64,000 bases of DNA from Deltaproteobacteria bacterium (GCA_024639185.1 JAHEIW010000011.1:976-64975); one strand, 5' to 3'. Positions 36,738-46,667 are shown, counted from the first letter of the stretch. Translations and numbers: made by a program. The notes: generated by a model not told the origin, from the sequence alone.

Positions 36738-37391
36738 ATGTTTCCTGAATTTTATCTGTCAACCGCATACCAAGCAAAATATCCTGGTGTTGGATTCGGT
36801 CTGACGCTGATCAGCAGCTGCCAGAACCATGAAAACCCGGCCGGTTTTGATCAATACAAGCGCAAATTGCTGCGCAAGATGCGCAAGCGGCAAACCCTGG
36901 CTGAAATTACCGATCGGATTGATACCTATGCCGCTTTTTTCCAACGCTTTGGGTTTGAATGCCCGCTGACCAAACATCTCCAACGCACCATTCACAGCGG
37001 TTTTCCGCGCTACGATCTGATCGTGGATGCGCATTTTATGGCTGAGATGTGTGCCGGCATTTTGGTAGCCGTCACCGATTATGAGCGTTTCAACGGCGGC
37101 CTGACATTGGATGTGGCGGACGAAGGCGAGGGGTGTGCGGGCATGGGTGGGCGTGAGTTTATCTGTAAGGCCGATGAGATCGTGCTGCGGGATCAAAAAG
37201 AAATTGTGTGCGTCCTGTGCCAGGGCGCTGATGAGAAAACCCGCGTGCACGAAGATACGCATCAGGTTCTTTTCTATGCCTATGCCGTTCCCGGCATTGA
37301 CAGCCAGCACTTAACAGACGGTCTGACCATTGCGGCTGAAACCATGGCAGAATTCGGCGGGGGTAAAATTGAAGGGATAGAAGTTTACTAG
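36738..37391 (+). CDS. B3/B4 tRNA-binding-domain-like protein (PheT-related family), function unknown
   Basis: ~217 aa. The sequence pattern resembles stand-alone B3_4 domain proteins. Last gene of the glcD-pot cluster. The family assignment rests on my recollection only. Confidence 0.5.
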   Translation: MFPEFYLSTAYQAKYPGVGFGLTLISSCQNHENPAGFDQYKRKLLRKMRKRQTLAEITDRIDTYAAFFQRFGFECPLTKHLQRTIHSGFPRYDLIVDAHFMAEMCAGILVAVTDYERFNGGLTLDVADEGEGCAGMGGREFICKADEIVLRDQKEIVCVLCQGADEKTRVHEDTHQVLFYAYAVPGIDSQHLTDGLTIAAETMAEFGGGKIEGIEVY

Positions 37392-37435
37392 TATGCTGTC
37401 GCAAAAATAACTTACAAAATTAGAGGGCGTTGTCT

Positions 37436-37615
37436 GGTCATGTCATTTTCTGAAAGGCGCTATGATTTTCATAGTGCCGGTGCCCCGATATTTGGTATTC
37501 TACCTGCGCCGCGGTTTGGGACAAAATCTTCGGTGCCTATCATCCCAAATATCGCAGCACAGGGTTGCCAATGCGCTAATTATCGGTATATCGCCTTTCA
37601 GAAAAAAACATGACC
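37436..37615. repeat. ~180-bp imperfect palindrome between convergent genes
   Basis: 24-nt arms ggtcatgtcattttctgaaaggcg / cgcctttcagaaaaaaacatgacc match at 22 of 24 positions. Inner 10-bp stem cgatatttgg (37486-37495) / ccaaatatcg (37545-37554). Confidence 0.75.
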
Positions 37616-37713
37616 GTCGTGCAATTGAGCACGGGCTCTTTATAAGTGCGCTGTATTTAGATCAGAATTCCTCTGCACAACATAATGCGACGCCATCAAT
37701 AACGATCCGTAAG

Positions 37714-38250
37714 TTAGGATTCGAGGCGCTCCTCGAACTTCTCCAGCGCTTCCCGCAACAATTGGCGAATGAACACCTCTTTTTCCCGTGGGATCAGCTT
37801 CTGATAGGTTGCATGGCCCGGATGGGACGATGACAGCCCCGGCGGATTCGCTTTGCAATCGTCGCGCATCTGCCTGTGGTTCTGGACCAGGGCGATGATG
37901 CTGTAGTTTTGACAGGGATGTGCGGCGAGCCATTTCAAACGGCACATCATTTCAAAGCGCATGTGGTCTGCTAAAAACAGATGGATATCGACGACCTGCA
38001 TCTGTTGTTCGGTCGGCAGATAATTAAACTTGGTGGCCGGCCCCAGATCCAGAACGCCCATGATCATCTCATAGTAAGCAACTGAGCTGTCCTCTCCGGG
38101 CTGGGCAAGAAAAAAGAGGGTTTTATCCGATAAATCCGACAAGCGGCTCTTCACGTCGTAGACCTCTCCAAAGCGGTTCTGCCAGGGGCTGAAAGCACGT
38201 TGTTCAACGGCTTTGGTTCGATAATTATGAAGGTCAACGATTTTTGACAT
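37714..38250 (-). CDS. hypothetical protein
   Basis: 178-aa ORF with coding-like composition and no family I recognise. Lies downstream of the AsmA-like and SRPBCC genes on the same strand. Confidence 0.6.
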   Translation of the reverse strand: MSKIVDLHNYRTKAVEQRAFSPWQNRFGEVYDVKSRLSDLSDKTLFFLAQPGEDSSVAYYEMIMGVLDLGPATKFNYLPTEQQMQVVDIHLFLADHMRFEMMCRLKWLAAHPCQNYSIIALVQNHRQMRDDCKANPPGLSSSHPGHATYQKLIPREKEVFIRQLLREALEKFEERLES

Positions 38251-38345
38251 GAATGCTATGGTTGCTTAGGAGTTGTTGTTAATGGGTTTTGGCGTAGACG
38301 ATTCCCATCGACGCGCATGAAGTATAAAGAAGTGAAAATGTCGTG

Positions 38346-38774
38346 TCAATCATTGTTAACCGGATTTATATCGGCCGAAAGGCCGCTTTCCAAATACCGG
38401 GCAATTCGATCGGCAGCAATTTTGCAGAAAATCGCATAGGGTCCTGCCCAAAGCGGCACCTCAAAAATGAGCCGACAGCAATTGCCGTCAATGACTTCGA
38501 TGCGATGGCCGGTGGCCCGAATGTTCAAAACATGCCACGACCAATATTGTCTATCTGCCCATTCGGTGATGACAAATGGCGCCCAAAAGCCGAAGATCGT
38601 TTTGACGCGACCTGTTGAACCGGCTCGAATATAACGAATTTCGGATTGAACGGCTTTAACCGTGGGCCCCCATTCGGTCCACTGCAGGGTGTCGGTGAGC
38701 GAATCCCATAATTTATCAGGGGTCGTCTGGATGATACGGCTCACTTTGAAATGAGACTTTAAAAGCTTACGCAT
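38346..38774 (-). CDS. SRPBCC (START/polyketide cyclase-dehydrase-like) family protein
   Basis: ~142 aa. The pattern ...TTPDKLWDSLTD...W.EWGP.V... is typical of SRPBCC ligand-binding proteins. An alternative GTG start at 38813 lies 3 nt after the AsmA-like stop. Confidence 0.7.
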   Translation of the reverse strand: MRKLLKSHFKVSRIIQTTPDKLWDSLTDTLQWTEWGPTVKAVQSEIRYIRAGSTGRVKTIFGFWAPFVITEWADRQYWSWHVLNIRATGHRIEVIDGNCCRLIFEVPLWAGPYAIFCKIAADRIARYLESGLSADINPVNND

Positions 38775-38816
38775 GGTGTTATCGGCTCGCGGGACGCTTC
38801 GTTGAATTAGCACTTC

Positions 38817-41800
38817 CTATTTTTTTAGCAGCTGTTCGAGAACATTTTGCACGCCTTTTTGCAGTGATTTTTGAAGCGCCTGTTCGGCCAGGCTGCTAGA
38901 GGCCTGCTGCACGGCACCTTTGTTGATGTCCGGATTGGACGAATTACCGCGGATGGGAACGTCGATGGTAACCCCTTCAAGATAGGTATAAGCTCTATCG
39001 CCGACCAGCTTGGGGGTGATCGGAATTTTGGCGACATAGTCAAGGCTTTTGTCAAAGCCCACCGAGCCGTGTAAGGCAATTGGGTACCCGTCGATTTCCA
39101 GCCGGATGGGGGAGGTTTCAATGCGGCCGTTGCGGGCCACAAATTCGATGTCCAAATCGCCGAAATCCATTTCATTTCCACGGACACCCATCAGCGCAAG
39201 AATACCGGTAAGCATTTTGGTGGAATTGATACGCACGCCTCTTAGACTCAGGGTTCCGGCAAAATCCGTTTTGTCGCGGTCCTTGTTGTCCAGCGGCCAG
39301 TTGAAACGCTGCATATGCAGGTCAACCTGCCCTTCCGCCTGCACCGAGCCCTGAAAAACCGGGTGAAGCTTAGACATTAGCTGCTCGGCGATAGCGTCTG
39401 TTATTTCAACATCCTTTAAAATATAGCTGTCCTGGGGCAGCGTGAGCATGTAGGGTTCTTTTTGCAAATGCAGAGTCGGCTCCAGGTTGAGTTGACCGCC
39501 ATTGGCGGTTGCAGCCAATTTGGCCAGGGCCGATTCGTTTGCCACCCGGATGGGGATTTCGGTGGCTGAGATACCCAGACCGAAAGCGTTGATTGAGTCT
39601 GCGCGAATGGCGCCGCTAAAATCCGTTTGCCTGAGTGAATCCGTCCAGCGCTTGCCGCCTGAGACCATTTTGAGTTGAAAAGGGTTCTCGCCTCTGCCAG
39701 TTATGGTAATCTGCCGGGGTCCGGCTATTTTCTCCAGGAAGGGCGAAAGCATCTTCAGGTCCAGGTTGATGCTGCCGGCGGCATCCAGCTTATTGCGACC
39801 ACCGGTCTGGTCCAGATTACCCGCCGCTGAGAGCGACAGCGGGGTCGAATTGAGTTGAATGTTTTCGATTGTTAGAACCGATCCGTCCGGTTTGCGCTTT
39901 AAATCGGCGGTCAGTTTAACACGGTCTTCGGCAATCGGGGGCAGGGTATCGGATGTCATTTGAAAAGGGGAAAGGTCGGCACGAACTTTTAAAAACTGTG
40001 CGCTCGGGGATGAAAAATCGACATCAAGATCAACTTTGCCTTTACCGGCCACGCGTGTTTTTTCCGGCAGCTCGATAAAATCCCCATAGGCCTTGAATAG
40101 TTTCGCCAGGTCAAGATCTGCCTGCGCCCGGGTTTTCATGTCGTTTTGAAAGTTCGACCAATCATTGACCGCCAAGCGGGGAACAGTGATCGTGCCCGCC
40201 GAGCTGTTGATATTCATCGGGGCCAGATCGACGGACCGAGCGACAAAATTGAGTTTGCCCTCGGTTTGCACGGTCAGGCGTTCTTCGCTGATTTGTTTTT
40301 GCCCCGCACGGTATTTGAAATTACGGGCGTCGACGCGGGTGCTGTTGAGGGTTAACTGTCGGTCAGCGAGTGTGCCGCTGGTCTTAAGGTGAGCGTTGCC
40401 CGCCAGTCTATTGGTAGCCGGGAGTATTTTAAAATTGCGCAGCACATCTGAAATCTGTTGCAAATTGAATCCAGCGTCAATAGCAAGATTCCGGACCGAG
40501 GGAAAATCGCTGCTATCGGCCAGCTGAAAGCGGTCGGCCCTGAAATTGCCTTTGGCCAGGGTCGATTGAACGCTTAAATTAAGCTGTTGAAATTCGCTGG
40601 CGCTGAAATTCGCTGCTCGGCGGATGGTGGTCTTTAAGTCAGCCTTGGCATCCTGTTGGGGAAGGATCGTGCGGCCGTTGCGGCTTAAAGCCAGGCTGCG
40701 GGTATCCAGATTCAGCAACGCGTCATTTATGCCGGGTGCGGTTTCCTTGATATCAACCCTGGCAAACAGTTTTCCGGAAGCATCCCATTCCTTGATGTCG
40801 ACAAATTTTTTAAATTCCCTCAGGGCGACTGCCAGATCTGCTGAGAGGGTACCTTTCATATTGGCCAGATCGCCCTGGCCGTCGGCATTGATAAATGCCG
40901 AGCGCAACGACAGCTTGGCCAGTTGAATTCCGTCCGGGCGTTTTTCTCCGCGGGCCTTCAATGAAATAGGCTGATTCCAGCTGATGGGTTTGCCGCTGCT
41001 GGCGCCCTTTATACGGTCGATTCTGGCGCTGGTGTCAAATGCGGTGACCGTTTCCGTGGTGTTAACATTATACGACAGCAATAAAGTGCCTTCAGACAGG
41101 TTTGTGTCCTGGCGTAAATTTAAGGTTTGCGGCATCTGGGAAAAAAGCTCGGCCAGATTGATGCTGGCCGAACCGCTTAATTTATTATCACCCTGATCGG
41201 AGGCGCTGCCCTGGGCAGTTCCCTGGGCCACCGAAGATTTAAAGCTCAATTGTTTTAGCGACAGACTGCCCCGGCTGATGTTTGCGTCCAACTCCGTGGC
41301 GATATCTTTGAATCGGGGATGATCCGTTTTAAGGGGACCACCCCAGAGCTCGAGTCGACTCACGGACAAATTGCCCTTGAGGTTTAAGGCCTCTGCTGAG
41401 CTGCCCTTTACGTTCAGGTCGGCATTGATTCGCCCTTTACCATGGGGGTAGTTGCCCTGTGAGGCCAGAATAGCCAGCGTATCCTCGAGTTCCCAGTTGG
41501 AGACTTTCAAGCTGGCATCGGATTGGATGGCGTTCAGATCAAGGGGGTTGTCTGCAGACAGGGTCAGGGTGCCTTCACCGGAAAAACGACCGATGCTGTC
41601 ACCGGAGGTCAGCAAAACACGATAGATGATGGGCTTTTCGATATCCGAGACGTCCAGAAACAGATCAAGATCTTTGACCACCGTTTTTTCATCACCTTTA
41701 AGGTTCACTGTGCGGATGGTGCCGTCGGTAATTTTAAGGATGCCAGCTATGGCCGGCAGCCCTGCCGCCTGTGAAGGTTCGCCTGTTTTTGATGGTTTCC

Positions 41801-42161
41801 GCCGCTGGTTGTCTGTTAGATAAAATAAGACCTGCGGTTTAATGACCTCCACGCCACCCAGGTTGCGGGCGTTGGCCATCAGCTGAACCAGTCCTCGATA
41901 TCCCTTTATTTCAGCAACTTCGATAAAAATATGTTCTTCCTGGTGGTCGTAAATGATGCCTTTGGCTTCAATACCGCTAAACCATTTAAAGCGCCATTGC
42001 GCGACCTGTAGTTTTCCGGGCAACCGCTCGTTGACCGCCTGCAGAATTCGTGGTTTGAGCGCTTCGCTGGACAGGACGGCCGGCAGAAACACCAGGCCCG
42101 TGAAAATCATAAAAAATACGGCAACTACGGTTCCGAGTAGTATCGGTTTTGTTTTCATCAT
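38817..42161 (-). CDS. AsmA-family / TamB-like large envelope protein
   Basis: 1114 aa. Single N-terminal TM anchor. Very long beta-rich, low-complexity body. AsmA-like C-terminal region. Confidence 0.75.
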   Translation of the reverse strand: MMKTKPILLGTVVAVFFMIFTGLVFLPAVLSSEALKPRILQAVNERLPGKLQVAQWRFKWFSGIEAKGIIYDHQEEHIFIEVAEIKGYRGLVQLMANARNLGGVEVIKPQVLFYLTDNQRRKPSKTGEPSQAAGLPAIAGILKITDGTIRTVNLKGDEKTVVKDLDLFLDVSDIEKPIIYRVLLTSGDSIGRFSGEGTLTLSADNPLDLNAIQSDASLKVSNWELEDTLAILASQGNYPHGKGRINADLNVKGSSAEALNLKGNLSVSRLELWGGPLKTDHPRFKDIATELDANISRGSLSLKQLSFKSSVAQGTAQGSASDQGDNKLSGSASINLAELFSQMPQTLNLRQDTNLSEGTLLLSYNVNTTETVTAFDTSARIDRIKGASSGKPISWNQPISLKARGEKRPDGIQLAKLSLRSAFINADGQGDLANMKGTLSADLAVALREFKKFVDIKEWDASGKLFARVDIKETAPGINDALLNLDTRSLALSRNGRTILPQQDAKADLKTTIRRAANFSASEFQQLNLSVQSTLAKGNFRADRFQLADSSDFPSVRNLAIDAGFNLQQISDVLRNFKILPATNRLAGNAHLKTSGTLADRQLTLNSTRVDARNFKYRAGQKQISEERLTVQTEGKLNFVARSVDLAPMNINSSAGTITVPRLAVNDWSNFQNDMKTRAQADLDLAKLFKAYGDFIELPEKTRVAGKGKVDLDVDFSSPSAQFLKVRADLSPFQMTSDTLPPIAEDRVKLTADLKRKPDGSVLTIENIQLNSTPLSLSAAGNLDQTGGRNKLDAAGSINLDLKMLSPFLEKIAGPRQITITGRGENPFQLKMVSGGKRWTDSLRQTDFSGAIRADSINAFGLGISATEIPIRVANESALAKLAATANGGQLNLEPTLHLQKEPYMLTLPQDSYILKDVEITDAIAEQLMSKLHPVFQGSVQAEGQVDLHMQRFNWPLDNKDRDKTDFAGTLSLRGVRINSTKMLTGILALMGVRGNEMDFGDLDIEFVARNGRIETSPIRLEIDGYPIALHGSVGFDKSLDYVAKIPITPKLVGDRAYTYLEGVTIDVPIRGNSSNPDINKGAVQQASSSLAEQALQKSLQKGVQNVLEQLLKK

Positions 42162-42252
42162 GCTTCCTCAAAGATCAGCAGCTGCGATCGTTGTTCTTTA
42201 ACTCCACCTGTTTGCATCCTTCAAAGCCAGGTCAAATTAATCCCAGATTTCG

Positions 42253-42339
42253 ATTCGGCCTGAGCCCTTTGGCCGTGAGCTACATTCGGCCTGCCTTCGA
42301 CTTGAGCTCAGGCCGAATGTAGCTTATGTCGAAGGCAGG
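42253..42339. promoter_or_regulatory. cluster of overlapping, mutually exclusive stem-loops in a divergent intergenic region
   Basis: 16-bp stem 42278-42293 / 42309-42324. 12-bp stem 42290-42301 / 42328-42339. 13-bp stem 42253-42265 / 42306-42318. The three share strands. Confidence 0.6.
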
Positions 42340-42633
42340 GCCGAGCGGCTCGTCGCAGGCCAAATTCCGCTCAAATTCAAGGCATCCGTGCCGCCAAAGG
42401 ATGATGAAACGACTTTAGCTTTATATTCGAGCGACGTGGCTCTATGTTCGGACTACCTACAACATAATACACAAAGATGATAATCAAAACGAAACCCGGT
42501 TCAAATTTGATCAATCGATTCAGGGGCAGCAACATATGACCCTTCAATCCACTTGGCGTTTACAATTTAATGCTTAAGATATTACCTATTGATCGGGATC
42601 ATCCCCGTTCGGAAATTGATGACAGGATTAAAC

Positions 42634-43830
42634 ATGGTTCGATTTTTTATCATATTTTTCGCCATCTCCGCCCTGTTGGCCGGCTATATGACCTGGCGAC
42701 TTTTCGGCCGGGCGCCCTTCAGGCGGCGCTGGAAAATCGCGTTGGCTGCTGGTATCGTTACCACCATATTTGTGCCGGTCCTCACCATTGTGTTGCGCCG
42801 CTCAGGTTTCGACAACCCGGGCCTTCATCTGCTGACATGGGCCGGGTATCTGGGTGTGGGGTTTTTAAGTTTTGTCTTCTCCTACCTGGTGATTCGCGAT
42901 CTTGTGTGGCTGCCGGTTGCGGCCCTTAACTGGTTCAAAGCGCGTGTTTCCAAACCGGCCCGCAACCCGGATAAGATAGAGCCCATTGATAGCCCGTCGC
43001 GCAGAGGGTTCCTCGTCAACTCGATGAATTACGGAATCCTGGCAGCTGCGGCGCTGACCACCGGGTTTGGCGTGGCCGAAGCCAAACAGACGCCCCAGGT
43101 CAAACGGGTAGCGGTTCCAATCGATAATCTGCCGCCGGATCTGGAAGGTTTTAAGATCGTGCAGATTACCGACATTCATGTCAATCCCACTTTTCGACGT
43201 TCCAGTGTCGAAGATATCGTTGCGGTGGTCAATACGCTTGAGGCCGATATTGTGGCCTTGACCGGTGATCTGGTGGACGGCTCGGTCGATCAGCTCGGGT
43301 ATGATGTGGCACCTTTGGCCCAGATACAATCAGTGTCGGGCAATTTTTTTGTGACCGGCAATCACGAGTATTATTCCGGTGTGATTGAATGGATTGAAGA
43401 AGTCCGGCGTCTGGGGTATATCGTGCTGTTAAATGAGCATCAGGTAATTACCCGGGGTCAGGCCAGACTGGTGCTGGCCGGGGTGACCGACTATCGCGGC
43501 GGCAATTTTTTCTCCACTCACCGCTCGGATCCGCAAAAAGCCTTAAATGGTGCACCAGCAGCAGATGTGAAAATCCTGCTGGCGCATCAGCCCAAAAATA
43601 TATTTGCGGCTGCCCGCGCCGGATATGATCTGCAGATATCAGGCCACACCCACGGCGGTCAGTTTTTTCCGTGGAATTTACTGGTCGGGTTTGCCCAGCC
43701 ATACGTTTACGGTTTGCATACCCACGAAACCACCCAGATCTATGTGAGCCGCGGCACCGGTTACTGGGGACCACCGGTGCGCGTGGGCTCGCCATCTGAG
43801 ATTACCCTTTTAAAATTGACTCGCCGCTGA
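42634..43830 (+). CDS. membrane-anchored metallophosphoesterase (calcineurin-like, YkuE/YaeI type)
   Basis: N-terminal TM helices followed by the motifs ITDIH, GDLVDG, GNHEY and GHTHGGQ. Confidence 0.88.
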   Translation: MVRFFIIFFAISALLAGYMTWRLFGRAPFRRRWKIALAAGIVTTIFVPVLTIVLRRSGFDNPGLHLLTWAGYLGVGFLSFVFSYLVIRDLVWLPVAALNWFKARVSKPARNPDKIEPIDSPSRRGFLVNSMNYGILAAAALTTGFGVAEAKQTPQVKRVAVPIDNLPPDLEGFKIVQITDIHVNPTFRRSSVEDIVAVVNTLEADIVALTGDLVDGSVDQLGYDVAPLAQIQSVSGNFFVTGNHEYYSGVIEWIEEVRRLGYIVLLNEHQVITRGQARLVLAGVTDYRGGNFFSTHRSDPQKALNGAPAADVKILLAHQPKNIFAAARAGYDLQISGHTHGGQFFPWNLLVGFAQPYVYGLHTHETTQIYVSRGTGYWGPPVRVGSPSEITLLKLTRR

Positions 43831-44004
43831 ATCGAAATGGAAATCATTATATTGCCTCGAGTAAAAATGTATCTCCGGCCAACAAAATCGAAATGGGTAT
43901 GGTGAGGATCTTGAGTCATTTCCTCAAGATTCATAAGATATCCAGTTGTCGTGACGCTTATCGGTTGGTCATGAATGTTGGATAAGGATGACGCTTGCCA
44001 ATAG

Positions 44005-45165
44005 TCAGGCGGGTCCGATCAGACGGTACAACCATGAACTGTATAGGCCGATGGCCTCTTCCGGGCAGACTTCGTGGCAGCAATAACAGCGAATACACTT
44101 GTCGTCATCGATAGAAGCACGCTCTTTAACAAAACTGATGGCTTCAACCGGACAGCCTTTGATGCATGTGCCACAGGCGATACAGCGATGCCACATGACC
44201 TTGGGCCGCACGGTAAACGCATTTTTAAACATGGGTTCAATCATGCGCTGATACAAGGGACCTGGATCCAGGCCAAATCTACGAGCAGATGTTTGCGGTT
44301 GTTTAAAATCCGGCACCCGCACATCAGCCAGGTCAACGCCAATGATCTCAACGTCTTCGATGCGTGATGGTGTCAGCGCGCGCTGTTCGGCCTCCACCAG
44401 GATGGGGTTTCGGGTTCGATCCAGATTCATTATTTCGCCGGCAACCACATCCAGGGCCAGCGGATTTGTTGACCCCAAAAGCAAGCCGACCGTCCGCGGC
44501 TCTCCAGCACCGGGTCCATCTCCCTCCATGGCCACAACCGCGTCCATTATGGTAAGTCGCGGTGAGACATATCCGGCCAGATCCAGCAGCATACCGGCAA
44601 AGCGCTGCACATCATTCAGCTTGGCATGATAACCGGGCTTGGTCAGACCGGGGATCACCCCGAAAATGTTTTTGACGGCACCGGTCATACCGGTAAACAC
44701 GTGGGTTTTCATTTTGCACAGGTTAAAAACGCCCTGGGCCTCATACACCGGGGTGATGATATCAAAATGTTTGGTCAGCTGGCCCTCTGCATAAGATACG
44801 GGCCGGGCCGTTGTGTCCCAGTTGACCTCAATGCCGGCCTCCCGGGCTGCCCGGTGCATGCCGCAGGTGCGATATATTTTATCCAGTGATTTGGCGTTAT
44901 AGCGGTAGCCCCCGCCGGGTGAATCGGCGATGATCGGTGTGGCCCCCGTTTCTTTGGCCATACGGGCGACAGCCGCCACAAGAGTCGGATGGGTGGTGAC
45001 CGCCGTATCGGGTCGGGCCTCGCGCAGCAAATTGACTTTCAATACGATCTTCTCGCCGCTGTGGGCAAAACGCTGCATACCGCCCATTAAATCCATCAGG
45101 CTTGTGAGCTTTGCCTGGATTTCGGCATAATCATTACACGTCACAATATAGACTTTGTTTTCCAT
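44005..45165 (-). CDS. DUF362-domain protein with a C-terminal 2x[4Fe-4S] ferredoxin domain
   Basis: DUF362-like N-terminal ~300 aa. Cys clusters CIACGTCIKGCP and CIRCYCCHEVCP. Confidence 0.8.
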   Translation of the reverse strand: MENKVYIVTCNDYAEIQAKLTSLMDLMGGMQRFAHSGEKIVLKVNLLREARPDTAVTTHPTLVAAVARMAKETGATPIIADSPGGGYRYNAKSLDKIYRTCGMHRAAREAGIEVNWDTTARPVSYAEGQLTKHFDIITPVYEAQGVFNLCKMKTHVFTGMTGAVKNIFGVIPGLTKPGYHAKLNDVQRFAGMLLDLAGYVSPRLTIMDAVVAMEGDGPGAGEPRTVGLLLGSTNPLALDVVAGEIMNLDRTRNPILVEAEQRALTPSRIEDVEIIGVDLADVRVPDFKQPQTSARRFGLDPGPLYQRMIEPMFKNAFTVRPKVMWHRCIACGTCIKGCPVEAISFVKERASIDDDKCIRCYCCHEVCPEEAIGLYSSWLYRLIGPA

Positions 45166-45299
45166 TGTATCATCCTTTAGGGTCTGGCGGTATGGAACCG
45201 AACAGCGCTACCACAATGTTCCCTTAACATGCCAAAAACCGGGTCCGGTGTCAAATCAATCAACCCACCTTGACAATTGGTGAAAAGCGGGGCCGCCAC

Positions 45300-45791
45300 T
45301 CAAGATCGCGCCTTATTCTGGGTTGCGGCTTTGCCTGGCGGGCAGTGTACCGCCAACACCGAGCAGGTGGCATCCTTAATGACCCGCTGCGCCACATTTT
45401 CCTTGAAAAAGCGCATCCAGCTCTGAGGTTTTCTATCCGCTATCACGATCAAATCCACATTTAGCTCGCGGGCCTTTTCAATAATAACCCGCGCCATCGG
45501 CGTACCGGTTACCTGAATGTCTTTTACCGCTATCGTATCTTTAATGCTGTCAGGAATCAGCTCTGCTAGACGGGTTTGTTCTTTCCGGTTCCGCTGGTTT
45601 TGAACATGCTCCAAAGCGCCAGCTGCAAATCGTCCATGAACCGGATAGGGCGCTTTGACGTGCAGCACTATAAGCCGGGCCTGATGCGCCTGGGCCAGAG
45701 CAACTGCATATTGGGCGGCATACACGCTGGCATCAGTTAAATCAACTGGGACCAGTATATTTTGAATGGAAATCATGTCCGTTGCGTTCAA
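45300..45791 (-). CDS. universal stress protein (UspA family)
   Basis: 163 aa with the Usp pattern (ILVPVDLTDAS...LHV...VDLIVI...G...GSV-like). Confidence 0.85.
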   Translation of the reverse strand: MNATDMISIQNILVPVDLTDASVYAAQYAVALAQAHQARLIVLHVKAPYPVHGRFAAGALEHVQNQRNRKEQTRLAELIPDSIKDTIAVKDIQVTGTPMARVIIEKARELNVDLIVIADRKPQSWMRFFKENVAQRVIKDATCSVLAVHCPPGKAATQNKARS

Positions 45792-45866
45792 CTTTGTCCG
45801 GGTGCACAGGATTTTTCAATAATTTCAATTGACGATTTAAAACTAAAATTTGTAGTATGAATCAGA

Positions 45867-46667
45867 TTGACAGTACTAAAAAGGAGCATGTTCGGCAAGG
45901 ACCATACCATGAAAAAGGAAGACATCAAGAAGCTGGCCGAAAACGAAAATTTCATACCCGGAATTTACAATTATTGTGATCGCTGGTGTGAGCGCTGCCC
46001 GTTTACCGCGCGCTGCATGAATTTTGCCATGACCCGTGAGTACTCAGATGATCCTGAGGCCAGTGATCTTAACAATGAGAAGTTTTGGCAAAGCCTTTCT
46101 GATATTTTTAAGGTGACCCGGGAACTGGTAGAAGAGACCGCCCGGGAGATGGGGGTCGATCTCGATAATATCGATTTTGAGGAGAGCGCCCGGGAAGAAG
46201 ACATTAAAGACAAGATCACCGAAAATCACGAGTGCTGTCAGGCTGCAAAAACATATTATGAAATGGTCACGGAATTCTTTGAGTCAGAATATATTCCTGC
46301 GCTGCAGGTCGTTGACAAAGAGCATATTGCAAATACCGCCGAACTGCAGAAGAGCGATATACTGGACGGACCGCCCACACTTGATGAAGTGGTCGAAATT
46401 ATTCACGGGTATCAGCATTTTATTTATGTCAAGCTGATGCGCGCGGTGCGGGGCACGCTGGGTAATGCAGAAGAAGAATGGGAAGATTTTCCAAAAGATT
46501 CAGACGGCTCGGCTAAAGTGGCACTAATAGCCATTGACCGCTCCATGGCTGCCTGGGGGCATATGCACCAATTTTTACCTTCTCATCAGGACCGAATTAT
46601 GGCCATTATCGTTCACCTGGAGCGGCTGCGCAACCGGACCGAAACGATATTTCCGGAAGCGATTTGA
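45867..46667 (+). CDS. hypothetical acidic protein with an N-terminal Cx3Cx2Cx5C motif
   Basis: 266-aa ORF; alternative ATG starts at 45888 and 45909. Motif YNYCDRWCERCPFTARC at 45975-46016. The rest is helical and Glu/Asp-rich. Confidence 0.6.
   Translation: MTVLKRSMFGKDHTMKKEDIKKLAENENFIPGIYNYCDRWCERCPFTARCMNFAMTREYSDDPEASDLNNEKFWQSLSDIFKVTRELVEETAREMGVDLDNIDFEESAREEDIKDKITENHECCQAAKTYYEMVTEFFESEYIPALQVVDKEHIANTAELQKSDILDGPPTLDEVVEIIHGYQHFIYVKLMRAVRGTLGNAEEEWEDFPKDSDGSAKVALIAIDRSMAAWGHMHQFLPSHQDRIMAIIVHLERLRNRTETIFPEAI

Noticed and set aside
45975-46016. Cx3Cx2C motif as evidence for a radical SAM enzyme
   Set aside because: The spacing matches, but the protein is only ~250 aa and is acidic and helical. 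It has no glycine-rich SAM-binding motif and no barrel-like pattern. I treat the motif only as a possible metal site.
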